Assembly (NCBI GenBank): GCA_041666945.1
Contig: JBAYFY010000002.1
Span: forward strand, 701 to 64,700
Direction of reading: 5' to 3'
From: Candidatus Buchananbacteria bacterium
GTDB lineage: Bacteria > Patescibacteriota > Patescibacteriia > 2-01-FULL-39-33
DNA length: 64,000 bases
Shown here: positions 18,512-27,651 of the stretch, piece by piece
Layout of the letters: every line of letters begins with the position of its first letter
Numbering within the stretch: the stretch's first letter is position 1
Made by a program: the position numbers and the translations under genes
Notes under the pieces: generated by a model
Told to the model about the DNA's origin: nothing
The model's database searches: none
Seen by the model: the letters and a program-made list of their open reading frames with translations, nothing else

Positions 18512-20290
18512 ATGCAACCGAATATTTACGACAATATTTTGTATTCCGTGGCCAACAACAATCTGTCGGAAAGTTTTTTAATTTGGTTTTTGCAGTTTAG
18601 CGAAATGAATCCGGTGGAAATCGGCTGGTATTTTTTCTGGCACGGCGGCTGGGTGCTGTTCGTTTTGATGTTCATGTGGCGTTCTTACAAGGATATTTTT
18701 TTGGAGAACCAGTCCGGCCGATTCCAGAGCAAATGGAAATGGCGTTTTTTGGCGGTGGATATCCCCAAAAACAACGAGCAAACGCCCAAGGCCGTGGAAA
18801 ATGTTTTTGCCGCTCTGGCCGGAGTTTTTACCTCCTCCAATTTGGTTGACAAATATTGGAACGGCAAGGTGACGGAGAGTTTTTCTTTTGAAGTCGTATC
18901 CCTGGAAGGCCACACCAGATTTTTCATCCGCACTCCGGCGCATTTCCTTGACTTTATCCAAGCCGCGATTTATTCCCAATATCCGGACGCGGAAATCACC
19001 GAGGTTGACGATTACACCAATTACGATTCGGAAGACGTTGATCCTAAAACCGGCCAACCCGTTACTTTTTCCAAATTGCATTTTCCCAATAAGATTTATA
19101 ATCTTTGGGGCGCGGAATTCATTTTGACCAGAAAATATCCCTTTCCCATTAAAACTTATGAAGAATTTGAACACCGCTTGAGCCAGGCCTTTTTGGATCC
19201 CATGTCAAATTTATTGGAGAACATGAGCCGTCTCGGTCCGGGCGAACAGACCTGGATTCAGGTTATAGTCCAGCCGCAAGGCGCTCCTTATTGGAAAGCG
19301 GAAACGGTAAAAAAGGTTTTGACCGAGCTAAAGAAAGAGGTTTATAAGCCGCCGGAGACCTTTAATCCCGCCGACATTATCAATAAACCCATGGGCGGCG
19401 CGCTTGATTGGGGTATGGGATTAGTCGGCCATGCCATTGGCTTGGAATTAGGCGCGGCGGGCGATAAGAAAAAAGAAGAAGATCAATGGAAGATGTTCAA
19501 AATGTCGCCGGGCGAGCGCACGGTTTTGGAAATGGTGGAAAAAAAGATAGCCAAGCATCAATTTAAGGTCAAGTATCGCATGATTTATCTGGCCAAGAAG
19601 GAGGTCTTTGCCAAGGGTCGCGGCGTAACCGGCATTACCGGCGCCATTAATCAATTCAACACCACTAACGCCAACGGTTTTAAGCCCGGCGCCTATACCA
19701 AAACCGCCGCCGATTATTTTTTTGTCAATCACCGCATTGCCGAAAAACAAAACCGCATTTTGCGTTGGTTTTGCCGGCGCCATGCCTGGTATGGCGAGAG
19801 CAACGTGGATGAAAAAGTCACCTTTCTTAATCCTGAAGAATTGGCTACCATTTGGCACTTCCCGGTAATGACGGTCAAAGCGACGGAAGTCGGTATGATC
19901 CAAAGCAAAAAAGCGGCTCCGCCCACTCGTTTGCCCTATGAACAGCGCGTCGGCCCGGCGAAAAAAGAAGAACGGCCGGCCTATAACCGTCCCATTGCCC
20001 CTGCCGCGCCGGTTTCTCCAAATCAAATGTTTGCCGCTTCACCTGTTGCGCCCGCTTATCAACCATTAGCAGGGGAACCGTCTTATGAACCGGCGCCTGG
20101 CGTGCCTCCGGTCGCTCCGCCTTTGCCCGATATGGCAATGCCTTCTTCGCCACCGGCAGTGGAGCCGGCTTATCAACCGCAATCGCAATACACGTCGCAA
20201 CAACCGGCTTATGCGCCGCCGCCCGATAATTTGGGCCAAGGAACCGTGCCCTCAAGAAAAGGCGCGCCGCCGCCTAATTTGCCCTATTAA
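18512..20290 (+). CDS. Membrane protein with N-terminal TM pair, large soluble domain and Pro/Ala-rich C-terminal tail
   Basis: 592 aa with hydrophobic segments near the N-terminus. The C-terminal 100 aa is low-complexity P/A/Q/Y. It immediately precedes the VirD4-like ATPase gene. Confidence 0.7.
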   Translation: MQPNIYDNILYSVANNNLSESFLIWFLQFSEMNPVEIGWYFFWHGGWVLFVLMFMWRSYKDIFLENQSGRFQSKWKWRFLAVDIPKNNEQTPKAVENVFAALAGVFTSSNLVDKYWNGKVTESFSFEVVSLEGHTRFFIRTPAHFLDFIQAAIYSQYPDAEITEVDDYTNYDSEDVDPKTGQPVTFSKLHFPNKIYNLWGAEFILTRKYPFPIKTYEEFEHRLSQAFLDPMSNLLENMSRLGPGEQTWIQVIVQPQGAPYWKAETVKKVLTELKKEVYKPPETFNPADIINKPMGGALDWGMGLVGHAIGLELGAAGDKKKEEDQWKMFKMSPGERTVLEMVEKKIAKHQFKVKYRMIYLAKKEVFAKGRGVTGITGAINQFNTTNANGFKPGAYTKTAADYFFVNHRIAEKQNRILRWFCRRHAWYGESNVDEKVTFLNPEELATIWHFPVMTVKATEVGMIQSKKAAPPTRLPYEQRVGPAKKEERPAYNRPIAPAAPVSPNQMFAASPVAPAYQPLAGEPSYEPAPGVPPVAPPLPDMAMPSSPPAVEPAYQPQSQYTSQQPAYAPPPDNLGQGTVPSRKGAPPPNLPY

Positions 20291-20355
20291 ATACCGCTTT
20301 GCAGTAATTTTGCTTTTAGCATTATTTAATAAGGTGAACTATTCGTTTAATCAGT

Positions 20356-22407
20356 ATGACCGAACCAAATAACAACGTAACAATTTTCGGCGAAACCAAC
20401 TATCGCAACGCGCAACGATCTTTCGGGATTAAGCGCGACGATCGGCGGCGCCATATGTATGTCATCGGTAAAACCGGCATGGGAAAAACCACCCTGCTGG
20501 AGAATCTTATTATTTCCGATATTTTAAACGGCGAGGGCTGCTGCTATATTGATCCGCACGGCGATACGGCGGAAAAGCTGTTGGATTTCATTCCGCCGCA
20601 CCGCATTAACGACGTAATTTATCTCAATCCGGCCGATGCCGAATTCCCCATCGCTTTCAACGTATTGGAATCGGTGGATGAAATCAACAAGAATTTCGTC
20701 GCCTCCGGCCTTATTTCAGTTTTTAAGAAGCTCTGGGCCGATTCCTGGGGTCCGCGTTTGGAATACATTTTGCGCAACACCATTTTGTCGCTTTTGGATT
20801 ATCCCGGTTCCACCTTGCTGGGCATCATGCGCATTTTGGTGGAAAAGGACTATCGCGAGAAGGTCGTGGCCAAAATCAAGGATCCGGTGGTGCGCAGTTT
20901 TTGGGTCAACGAATATTCCAAATGGAATGAGAAGACCTTGCAGGAAGTCATTTCACCCATCCAGAACAAGGTCGGACAATTCTTGTCTAATTTTTTAATT
21001 CGCAATATTGTCGGCCAGGTAACTTCCACCATTGATTTGCGGGAAATCATGGATAACAAAAAAATCCTTATTTTGAATCTGGCCAAAGGAAAAATCGGCG
21101 AAGACACTATGAAACTTTTGGGTTCCATGATCGTAACCAAGTTATATTTGGCGGCCATGAGCCGGGTGGATATTCTGGAAAAGGATCGCCCTGATTTTTA
21201 TCTGTATGTGGATGAATTTCAGAATTTTGCCACGGAAAGTTTTGCCAATATTTTATCCGAAGCCAGAAAGTACCGTCTCAATTTGATTGTGGCGCATCAA
21301 TACATTGAGCAATTGCCCGAAGAAGTGGCGGCGGCCGTGTTCGGCAACGTCGGCACTTTGATTTGTTTCCGGGTCGGCGCCGCCGATGCCGAGAAATTAG
21401 TATTGGAATTCGCGCCGTTTTTTACGGAAGAGGATCTGGTCAATCTGCCGGCTTTCGCTGTTTATCTTAAATTGATGATTGACGGCGTGTCTTCCGATCC
21501 GTTTTCCGCCGCTACTTTGCCGCCGCTGTTTGAAGAATATCGCACCAATAATAGCGAGAAGGTAACTTATGTTTCCCGCGAACGCTACGCCAACCCGCGC
21601 ACGGTGGTGGAAGACAAAATTAACCGCTGGAGCGCCACTGATTTGAGCACGCGGATGGGCGATATCGCCGCTCACGCCGAAAAAGGCGAATTAAAAATGG
21701 GCGAAGTGGTGCCGATGAAAGAACCGGTGGCCGGTCCGACGATTTCCTTGTCGGCTTTAGGCACCGGCACTTTGCCGTCTACGCCGCCTCGGCCGATGGT
21801 GTGGCCCAGACGTGACGAACGTCCGGTTAGACGCGATACCCGGTCTTTTAACCGCGATGGCAGGCAAGATGATCGCCCGCTTCGGCGCGATGACCGTTCC
21901 TTTCAGCGCGATGACCGCAGTTCACGAGATGTCCCCATGACGGAAAGACGGGAAGAACGCCCGCGAGAAGAGCGGCCGGACGACAGGCGCGTTGGCGAGA
22001 GCCGCGACAGTTACGGCCAACCGGCAAGAAAAGACGCGGGAGAACGCCGCGAGTTCGGCAAGTTTGACGCGAAGTGTTCCATGTGCGGCAATATGTTCAA
22101 GCTGAATTTTCAGCCGGAAAAGGGCCGGCCGGTGTATTGCGGCGATTGCTTTAAAAAAGTCAAAGACCAGCGACGCAAGCCGGAACCGGAACGCGAGCCG
22201 GCGATCAAGATGCTGGAACAATTGGTGCGCCGCGAAGATACGGATGATGCCCCGCCTTTGAGTTTGTCGTCGCTCCAGCCGCGTCAGCCGATTCTGCCGC
22301 CGCCGGATTTAAGCGCCGGACCGGCTATGCCATCAGCCGCTTTGCCGGATAATCCGCCGGCCGACGAGGAAGTGGAAGAGATCTATCAAACGAGACAGCA
22401 ACGATAA
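20356..22407 (+). CDS. TraD/VirD4/TrwB-like coupling-protein ATPase (no TM) with RD-repeat tail and zf-trcl-type zinc ribbon
   Basis: Walker A GKTGMGKTT followed by IDPHGD. Walker B FYLYVDEFQNF. C-terminal RRDxRSFxRDDR repeats, then CSMCGNMFKLNFQPEKGRPVYCGDC. Confidence 0.75.
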   Translation: MTEPNNNVTIFGETNYRNAQRSFGIKRDDRRRHMYVIGKTGMGKTTLLENLIISDILNGEGCCYIDPHGDTAEKLLDFIPPHRINDVIYLNPADAEFPIAFNVLESVDEINKNFVASGLISVFKKLWADSWGPRLEYILRNTILSLLDYPGSTLLGIMRILVEKDYREKVVAKIKDPVVRSFWVNEYSKWNEKTLQEVISPIQNKVGQFLSNFLIRNIVGQVTSTIDLREIMDNKKILILNLAKGKIGEDTMKLLGSMIVTKLYLAAMSRVDILEKDRPDFYLYVDEFQNFATESFANILSEARKYRLNLIVAHQYIEQLPEEVAAAVFGNVGTLICFRVGAADAEKLVLEFAPFFTEEDLVNLPAFAVYLKLMIDGVSSDPFSAATLPPLFEEYRTNNSEKVTYVSRERYANPRTVVEDKINRWSATDLSTRMGDIAAHAEKGELKMGEVVPMKEPVAGPTISLSALGTGTLPSTPPRPMVWPRRDERPVRRDTRSFNRDGRQDDRPLRRDDRSFQRDDRSSRDVPMTERREERPREERPDDRRVGESRDSYGQPARKDAGERREFGKFDAKCSMCGNMFKLNFQPEKGRPVYCGDCFKKVKDQRRKPEPEREPAIKMLEQLVRREDTDDAPPLSLSSLQPRQPILPPPDLSAGPAMPSAALPDNPPADEEVEEIYQTRQQR

Positions 22408-22442
22408 ATAATTTTTAATCGGCTGCTAGTTTTATGCCGTAA

Positions 22443-22584
22443 GCCAATATAGTCCCCCGGGGCAAGCCCCAGAGTAATAGAGATTGCGTACTAAATAACC
22501 CGGCAAGCCAAGCAGTATTTGACTATATTGGCGTCGCTCGCTCGGAATCCAGCGCTTTGAAGCGCTGGTTCGCTCGCTCACTAG
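22443..22584. repeat. MITE-like element copy A (12-bp terminal inverted repeats gccaatatagtc / gactatattggc plus GC-rich tail)
   Basis: Inverted partner found at 27532..27636. Internal palindromes. Sits in the intergenic region upstream of rubrerythrin. Confidence 0.7.
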
Positions 22585-22604
22585 CCAATAAATAAGTCAA
22601 TTAT

Positions 22605-23189
22605 ATGTCCGAAACCATCAAAAATCTGGCCAAAGCGTTCATCGGCGAATCGCAAGCCAGAAATCGTTATACCATGTATAGCAAAGTCGCTAAAAAGGAG
22701 GGATATGAACAGATTGCCGAGATATTTTTAATCACCGCGGACAATGAGCGTGAACACGCAGCCAAACTGTTTGAGGAAATCCAAAATTTGAAAAAACACT
22801 CCAAAGAGGATTTGGCGGCGATTAAGGTTGAAGCCGAAGCGCCCACGACTTATGGCACCACGGCGGAAAATTTAAAAGCCGCCATTGCCGGAGAGAATTG
22901 GGAATATGTTACCATGTATCCGGAGTTTGCCGCTAAGGCCGAAGAGGAGGGCTATGACAAGATCGCCACGCGTTTGAAATCAATCGCCATAGCCGAAAAG
23001 CATCATGAAGAAAGATACATAAAATTGTTGCGGCAAGTTGAAGCCGGTACGGTTTTCAAGAAGGAAGAAGAGGTTTGGTGGATCTGCCGCGAATGCGGTT
23101 ATGCGCATTTCGGCAAGGAAGCGCCCAAGGAGTGCCCGTCCTGCAACCATGCCCGGGCTTTTTATCAGCTTAAGTGCGAAGAATACTAA
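22605..23189 (+). CDS. rbr: Rubrerythrin
   Basis: Ferritin-like diiron motifs (EREHAAKL, E..H) plus C-terminal rubredoxin-like CRECG...CPSC. Confidence 0.85.
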   Translation: MSETIKNLAKAFIGESQARNRYTMYSKVAKKEGYEQIAEIFLITADNEREHAAKLFEEIQNLKKHSKEDLAAIKVEAEAPTTYGTTAENLKAAIAGENWEYVTMYPEFAAKAEEEGYDKIATRLKSIAIAEKHHEERYIKLLRQVEAGTVFKKEEEVWWICRECGYAHFGKEAPKECPSCNHARAFYQLKCEEY

Positions 23190-23200
23190 ATTAGTTAGTC

Positions 23201-23248
23201 GTTACTTAATGAAATACTTAAAATGTTACTTAATGAAATACTTAAAAT
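23201..23248. repeat. Perfect 24-bp tandem duplication (gttacttaatgaaatacttaaaat x2), giving four TACTTAA heptamers at 12-bp spacing
   Basis: Read directly from sequence between the rubrerythrin stop and the superoxide reductase start. Confidence 0.8.
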
Positions 23249-23301
23249 ATTGAATAAAATTACTTCAAAACTGCCAACTAACAATTAATTGCTAAAAACT
23301 T

Positions 23302-23673
23302 ATGAAACTAAACGAAGTTTACAAATGCCCGATTTGCGGCAATATCGTGGAAGTCGTTCATGTGGGCGGAGCGGCTCTGGTCTGTTGCGGCCAGGAGATG
23401 ATTTTGCAAGTGGAAAATTCCGTTGATGCCGCGCAAGAGAAGCATGTGCCGGTGATTGAAAAAACTGAAACGGGGATAAAAGTCAAAATCGGCGCCGCGC
23501 CTCATCCCATGGAAGAGGTCCATTATATTGAGTGGATTGAGATTATTGTTGATGATCGGGTTGATCGCAAATATTTGAAGCCGGGAGACGCTCCCGAAGT
23601 CGAATTCAATCGGATCGGAGAAAACATTACCGCCCGCGCCTATTGCAATCTGCACGGCTTGTGGAAAAAATGA
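23302..23673 (+). CDS. dfx: Desulfoferrodoxin-type superoxide reductase
   Basis: N-terminal desulforedoxin motif [12 protein letters not shown]...CCG. C-terminal SOR centre with YCNLHGLW. Confidence 0.85.
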   Translation: MKLNEVYKCPICGNIVEVVHVGGAALVCCGQEMILQVENSVDAAQEKHVPVIEKTETGIKVKIGAAPHPMEEVHYIEWIEIIVDDRVDRKYLKPGDAPEVEFNRIGENITARAYCNLHGLWKK

Positions 23674-23743
23674 TTTTGGACTGAAATTTAATGCCGATTA
23701 AAAATTAATCAAATCCAATCAAAATAATAAAAAACAGCCGCCT

Positions 23744-23776
23744 CCCATTCGGGTGGCGGCTTTTTGAAAGTGCGGA
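23744..23776. terminator. Bidirectional rho-independent terminator
   Basis: aaaaaacagccgcc-tcccattcggg-tggcggctttttg, flanked by an A-run and a T-run. Lies between dfx (+) and the convergent minus-strand operon. Confidence 0.7.
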
Positions 23777-23816
23777 TTAAGCGGATTAAGATGCCGTTAA
23801 ACAGGCCTAACTGTTT

Positions 23817-24392
23817 TCAGGTATTTTTTCGCTTGATGTCGAGATAGAGGGTTTGGTAAGATAACCCCTCGTTAATTAATGGTTCAGTTTTCAAGCCAAC
23901 CTTCAATCGGTAACCGGCGCTTCGGCATAGTGAAGCAAGTTCTTTGTATTGAGGCAGGTTTAGCACCTGTATCATAGTAACGGGGAAAACATCAGCCGCC
24001 TTTGTTTTTATATGGCGGCAAAACATCAGAAGACGGGGTGAATACAATATTACATCGTTTTGCGCTTCTTTAAAGAAAGAGGCGAATTGTTCAAGCGTCT
24101 GCGCTTGCAGTTTTTCTTTTGCTTCATGCTCAAATCCGTCGCCCGAGGCGTTACCGGGGGCTGGCGCCGGCGGTTCTTCCAAAGTTTGTTCCGCGACGAT
24201 AATCTTGTCAAAAACCTTGTCATAAATCCGTTCCAGCCAAAAGCCCGTTCCGTCGCTTCCGGCGGTAAAGCAATAACCATGCTCCAGCATGGTTGCCACA
24301 GCCGTTTGCGTGTCAACAGCCACAACAGCTATTACTTGATCAAGGGAACGGAATTCAAAAATTTTGGTCTTCAGCGTTTCTTCATCAGGCAT
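23817..24392 (-). CDS. Hypothetical protein
   Basis: 191 aa ORF, last gene of a three-gene minus-strand operon. No recognisable motif. Confidence 0.5.
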   Translation of the reverse strand: MPDEETLKTKIFEFRSLDQVIAVVAVDTQTAVATMLEHGYCFTAGSDGTGFWLERIYDKVFDKIIVAEQTLEEPPAPAPGNASGDGFEHEAKEKLQAQTLEQFASFFKEAQNDVILYSPRLLMFCRHIKTKAADVFPVTMIQVLNLPQYKELASLCRSAGYRLKVGLKTEPLINEGLSYQTLYLDIKRKNT

Positions 24393-24419
24393 ATTCTGTT
24401 CTCCTGCCGTTTCGGTGGG

Positions 24420-24971
24420 TTATTCTTTCCAATCAATAGTAACACTGATCAGGCCGGTATCTTCTTGGATTGTTGATTCATACCGCAGCTCATTCTTTAC
24501 GCAAAAATCCTCAATTATTTCGCCGGCGAAAGGCGCAAATTGTGTCAGATAAGCACTTTTGAATAAATTAATGATTTGTTGGGTTCTGGGCGGTTGATGG
24601 CGTTCAGAGCTAAGTCCGTCAATTTCATCTTTTAATAACTTATTCAAGTCAATGAAATCGAAACTGCAACTGGTTTTCTCTTTTTCAGCCGCCGCCATAA
24701 GCGTTTGCGGCAATTTTTCAATCAGATCATTAGCCCAATCAATAAACGGTTTCATTCGTTTGAGTCGCTCTTCCTGCTCTTTATCTTCCCTCACTCGTCT
24801 GCTGTTTTTAACATTTATCCGTAACAGTTGTCCGAGAGTGCTTTTCTTTTCGGAACTCTCATTTGTAGGATTTCCCATATTTTTCTCCTCCCAAGTTTTT
24901 TCGGTTTTTGGTTTGGCAGAAAATGAAAAATATACGGTAAAATCAAAATGCGGAAGATACGGCAAAATCAA
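24420..24971 (-). CDS. Hypothetical protein
   Basis: 183 aa ORF (the start may be the internal Met). Charged, low complexity in its N-terminal half. Confidence 0.45.
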   Translation of the reverse strand: MILPYLPHFDFTVYFSFSAKPKTEKTWEEKNMGNPTNESSEKKSTLGQLLRINVKNSRRVREDKEQEERLKRMKPFIDWANDLIEKLPQTLMAAAEKEKTSCSFDFIDLNKLLKDEIDGLSSERHQPPRTQQIINLFKSAYLTQFAPFAGEIIEDFCVKNELRYESTIQEDTGLISVTIDWKE

Positions 24972-25209
24972 AATTCAAAACTATCACGCCGTTAGACAGT
25001 TGCATCATGGCGGTTAAGCTGGCTTGTGGTATAACCTCGGTCACGGCAGATTTGGCCAATGATATTTGCGCTGTCGGATCTTTTAATGGTTTAATGCAAA
25101 TTAGTCCATTATCCAACCAAAAACAGGAGACATTGTCATCCAGCACCTGTTTTAAAGCGTTTTCTAAACCAGTTAACTGTTTTACGGTTGCGACGGGTTT
25201 GTCAGCCAT
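24943..25209 (-). CDS. Hypothetical small protein
   Basis: 88 aa ORF, first gene of the minus-strand operon, divergent from dnaG. Confidence 0.4.
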   Translation of the reverse strand: MADKPVATVKQLTGLENALKQVLDDNVSCFWLDNGLICIKPLKDPTAQISLAKSAVTEVIPQASLTAMMQLSNGVIVLNFDFAVSSAF

Positions 25210-25597
25210 GGTTGTCCCTCCTGTTGCAGCGTTGTTTTGGATTATTACTATTTTTTCTTACCCGTATAATCTTTATTTTTTTATCCTTTTTGCCCGCAGA
25301 CGCGTTTTGTTTATGCCCTCCCATTCAATTGTAAAGAACTTCAATGCCGTATATTATCATTTTTGACCGCATCTTGTCAATATTGCTTAAACCGTTGTAT
25401 TTATTGTATGATTTATAGGTCAAACGACTTTTCCGTTGTCATCCCCAAGTATCAATATGTAAGTGGAGAAGCTACTTTATAACGCAAGCGATTCCTCCGC
25501 CGCGTCCGTTATCCGTCAACCGAAAGAGGCGGGACTTCCGGTCGGAATGACAATATGAAGTGAATTTTATTGATAAACGTTAATTTACATCAAACCT

Positions 25598-27520
25598 GTG
25601 TCTTCCCCCGAGATAGAACAAATCAAAGCCAAAATAGACGTCGCCGAGCTCCTCGGCGAATATTTGAAATTGTTGCCGGCCGGCGCGGGAGCGTACAAGG
25701 CGCTCTGCCCCTTCCATAACGAGAAGACGCCCTCGCTGATGGTTTCGCCGGCTCGCGGCAGTTGGCATTGTTTCGGTTGCGGCGCGGGCGGGGATATTTT
25801 TGAGTTTTTAATGAAGATGGAAAATATTGATTTTCCCGAAGCGTTAAAAATTTTGGCGCAAAAGGCCGGCGTTGCTTTGTCGCGCCATCGGCCGGAAATC
25901 GCCAGCAGAAAAAACAACTTGTATGATATTTGCGATTTGGCCGCCAGGTATTGGCAGAAGGTGCTTGCGGAATCGCCGCGAGCGCAAGCGGCGCGCGATT
26001 ATCTGGCCGGCCGCGGCGTCAGTGAAGAGACGATAGAGAATTTTAAGATCGGTTACGCCATTGACGACTGGAGCAACCTTGTTGATTTTTTGAAGAAAAG
26101 GGGTTTTGCCGAACAGGAAATATTTTCTGCCGGCTTCACTGTCAGAAAAGAGCGGGGGAGCGGATATTATGACCGTTTCCGGAATCGCGTCATGTTTCCC
26201 ATCATTGACCACAACGGCCGGGTGTGCGGTTTTACCGGACGGACGCTGTCCAAGGATGAGCCGGCCAAGTATGTCAACACGCCCCAGACCGATGTTTATA
26301 ACAAAAGCGCCATCGTCTTCGCTTTGTATCAGGCCAAAAACGAAATCAGGAAACAGGATTTTGCCGTGGTGGTGGAGGGCCAGATGGACGCGGTCAGCTG
26401 CCATCAATACGGTTTCAAGAATACGGTCGCTTCTTCGGGTACGGCTTTGACCAAAGAGCAACTGCAACTGCTCAAACGCTACACCAATAATATTTGTTTC
26501 GCTCTGGATGCCGATGCGGCCGGCCAAAAAGCCACTGATCGCGGCAATGATCTGATTAATCAAATGGATAAAGTGGTGGTGGAGGGCCGGGACAGAAACG
26601 GCCGCGTTTCTCAATTCGTTGACCCGGCTTTGAGTTATAATTTGAACTTGAAAATAATCTCCATTCCCAGCGGCAAAGATCCGGATGAATGCCTGAAGAA
26701 GAATCCGGCGGATTGGGCGGAGGCGGTGTCTGCCGCCCAGCCGGCGCTGGAATATTTCTGGCGCGTGTCTTCAGCCGGCCGCGATTTGAGCGACCCGCAA
26801 ATAAAAAAACAAGTTGCCAAATTCCTGGGTGAGAAAATCGCCCGGCTGGATGATCCGATTGAACGCGATCATTGGCTGCAAGAGATCTCCCGCCGCCTGG
26901 GAGTAAGGGAAGAGGCCCTGCGGGAACTGGTCGCCAGGTTTGAAAGCCGGCTAAAAAGCCCCGCTGGGGCCCCTGTAAGGCCCCAAGATGCCGCCAGGTC
27001 AACCGTGCCCCAAAATACGACAAATGACCGGGATTTATTGATGTTTATGAGGATTTTGGCGTTAATCTGGACTTTTCCGGATTTTTTGGCCAAATTGGGG
27101 GATTATCTGGAACCGGAGGTTTGGATTGATCCGTTGGCCGAAGATCTTTACAAAAAAATTATTTTATTTTATACTGTAAACAACGAACTGTTTTCCATCA
27201 GCGCCGCTAAGCGGGAGGAACAAACCATATTTGACCTGTTTTATGACTGGGTCAAAACCCAAGCCGTGAGCGAGTCAGCGCTTAAAACACTCGAACAATC
27301 GTATCTTTTGGCGCAGAAGGATTTTGCCGATCTGGACGCCAAGGAAGCGAAAAACGAACTTGATACCCTTATCAGGTTGCTTAAAAGCAACTATCTTAAT
27401 GTCATGATTTCCCGCCTCAAGATAAAATTGGATGAAGCGGAGAAAACCGGCGACGCCGCGTCAGCCGAGAACATTTATTTGGAGTTATCCGAGCTGATTA
27501 AAAAGAAATCAGCGGTTTAG
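25598..27520 (+). CDS. dnaG: DNA primase
   Basis: Zinc-binding CPFHNEKTPS...CFGCG, TOPRIM VVEGQMD, GTG start. Confidence 0.9.
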   Translation: MSSPEIEQIKAKIDVAELLGEYLKLLPAGAGAYKALCPFHNEKTPSLMVSPARGSWHCFGCGAGGDIFEFLMKMENIDFPEALKILAQKAGVALSRHRPEIASRKNNLYDICDLAARYWQKVLAESPRAQAARDYLAGRGVSEETIENFKIGYAIDDWSNLVDFLKKRGFAEQEIFSAGFTVRKERGSGYYDRFRNRVMFPIIDHNGRVCGFTGRTLSKDEPAKYVNTPQTDVYNKSAIVFALYQAKNEIRKQDFAVVVEGQMDAVSCHQYGFKNTVASSGTALTKEQLQLLKRYTNNICFALDADAAGQKATDRGNDLINQMDKVVVEGRDRNGRVSQFVDPALSYNLNLKIISIPSGKDPDECLKKNPADWAEAVSAAQPALEYFWRVSSAGRDLSDPQIKKQVAKFLGEKIARLDDPIERDHWLQEISRRLGVREEALRELVARFESRLKSPAGAPVRPQDAARSTVPQNTTNDRDLLMFMRILALIWTFPDFLAKLGDYLEPEVWIDPLAEDLYKKIILFYTVNNELFSISAAKREEQTIFDLFYDWVKTQAVSESALKTLEQSYLLAQKDFADLDAKEAKNELDTLIRLLKSNYLNVMISRLKIKLDEAEKTGDAASAENIYLELSELIKKKSAV

Positions 27521-27531
27521 TTTTTATTGGA

Positions 27532-27636
27532 TAGTGAGCGAGCGACGCCAATATAGCCAAATACTGCTCGGCTTGCCGAGTTGTTAGTACGCAAGTTCTA
27601 TTATCGCCCCAGGGTTTACCCCGGGGGACTATATTT
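27532..27636. repeat. MITE-like element copy B (inverted relative to copy A)
   Basis: Its reverse complement aligns to 22443..22584 at roughly 80 percent with small indels, and it has the same terminal inverted repeats. Lies between dnaG and rpoD. Confidence 0.7.
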
Positions 27637-27651
27637 TAAAAACAATTCGTC

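Noticed and set aside
26556-27023. 155-aa minus-strand ORF and others inside dnaG
   Set aside because: Embedded antisense in dnaG, Pro/Gly/Arg-rich and low complexity, with no start context.
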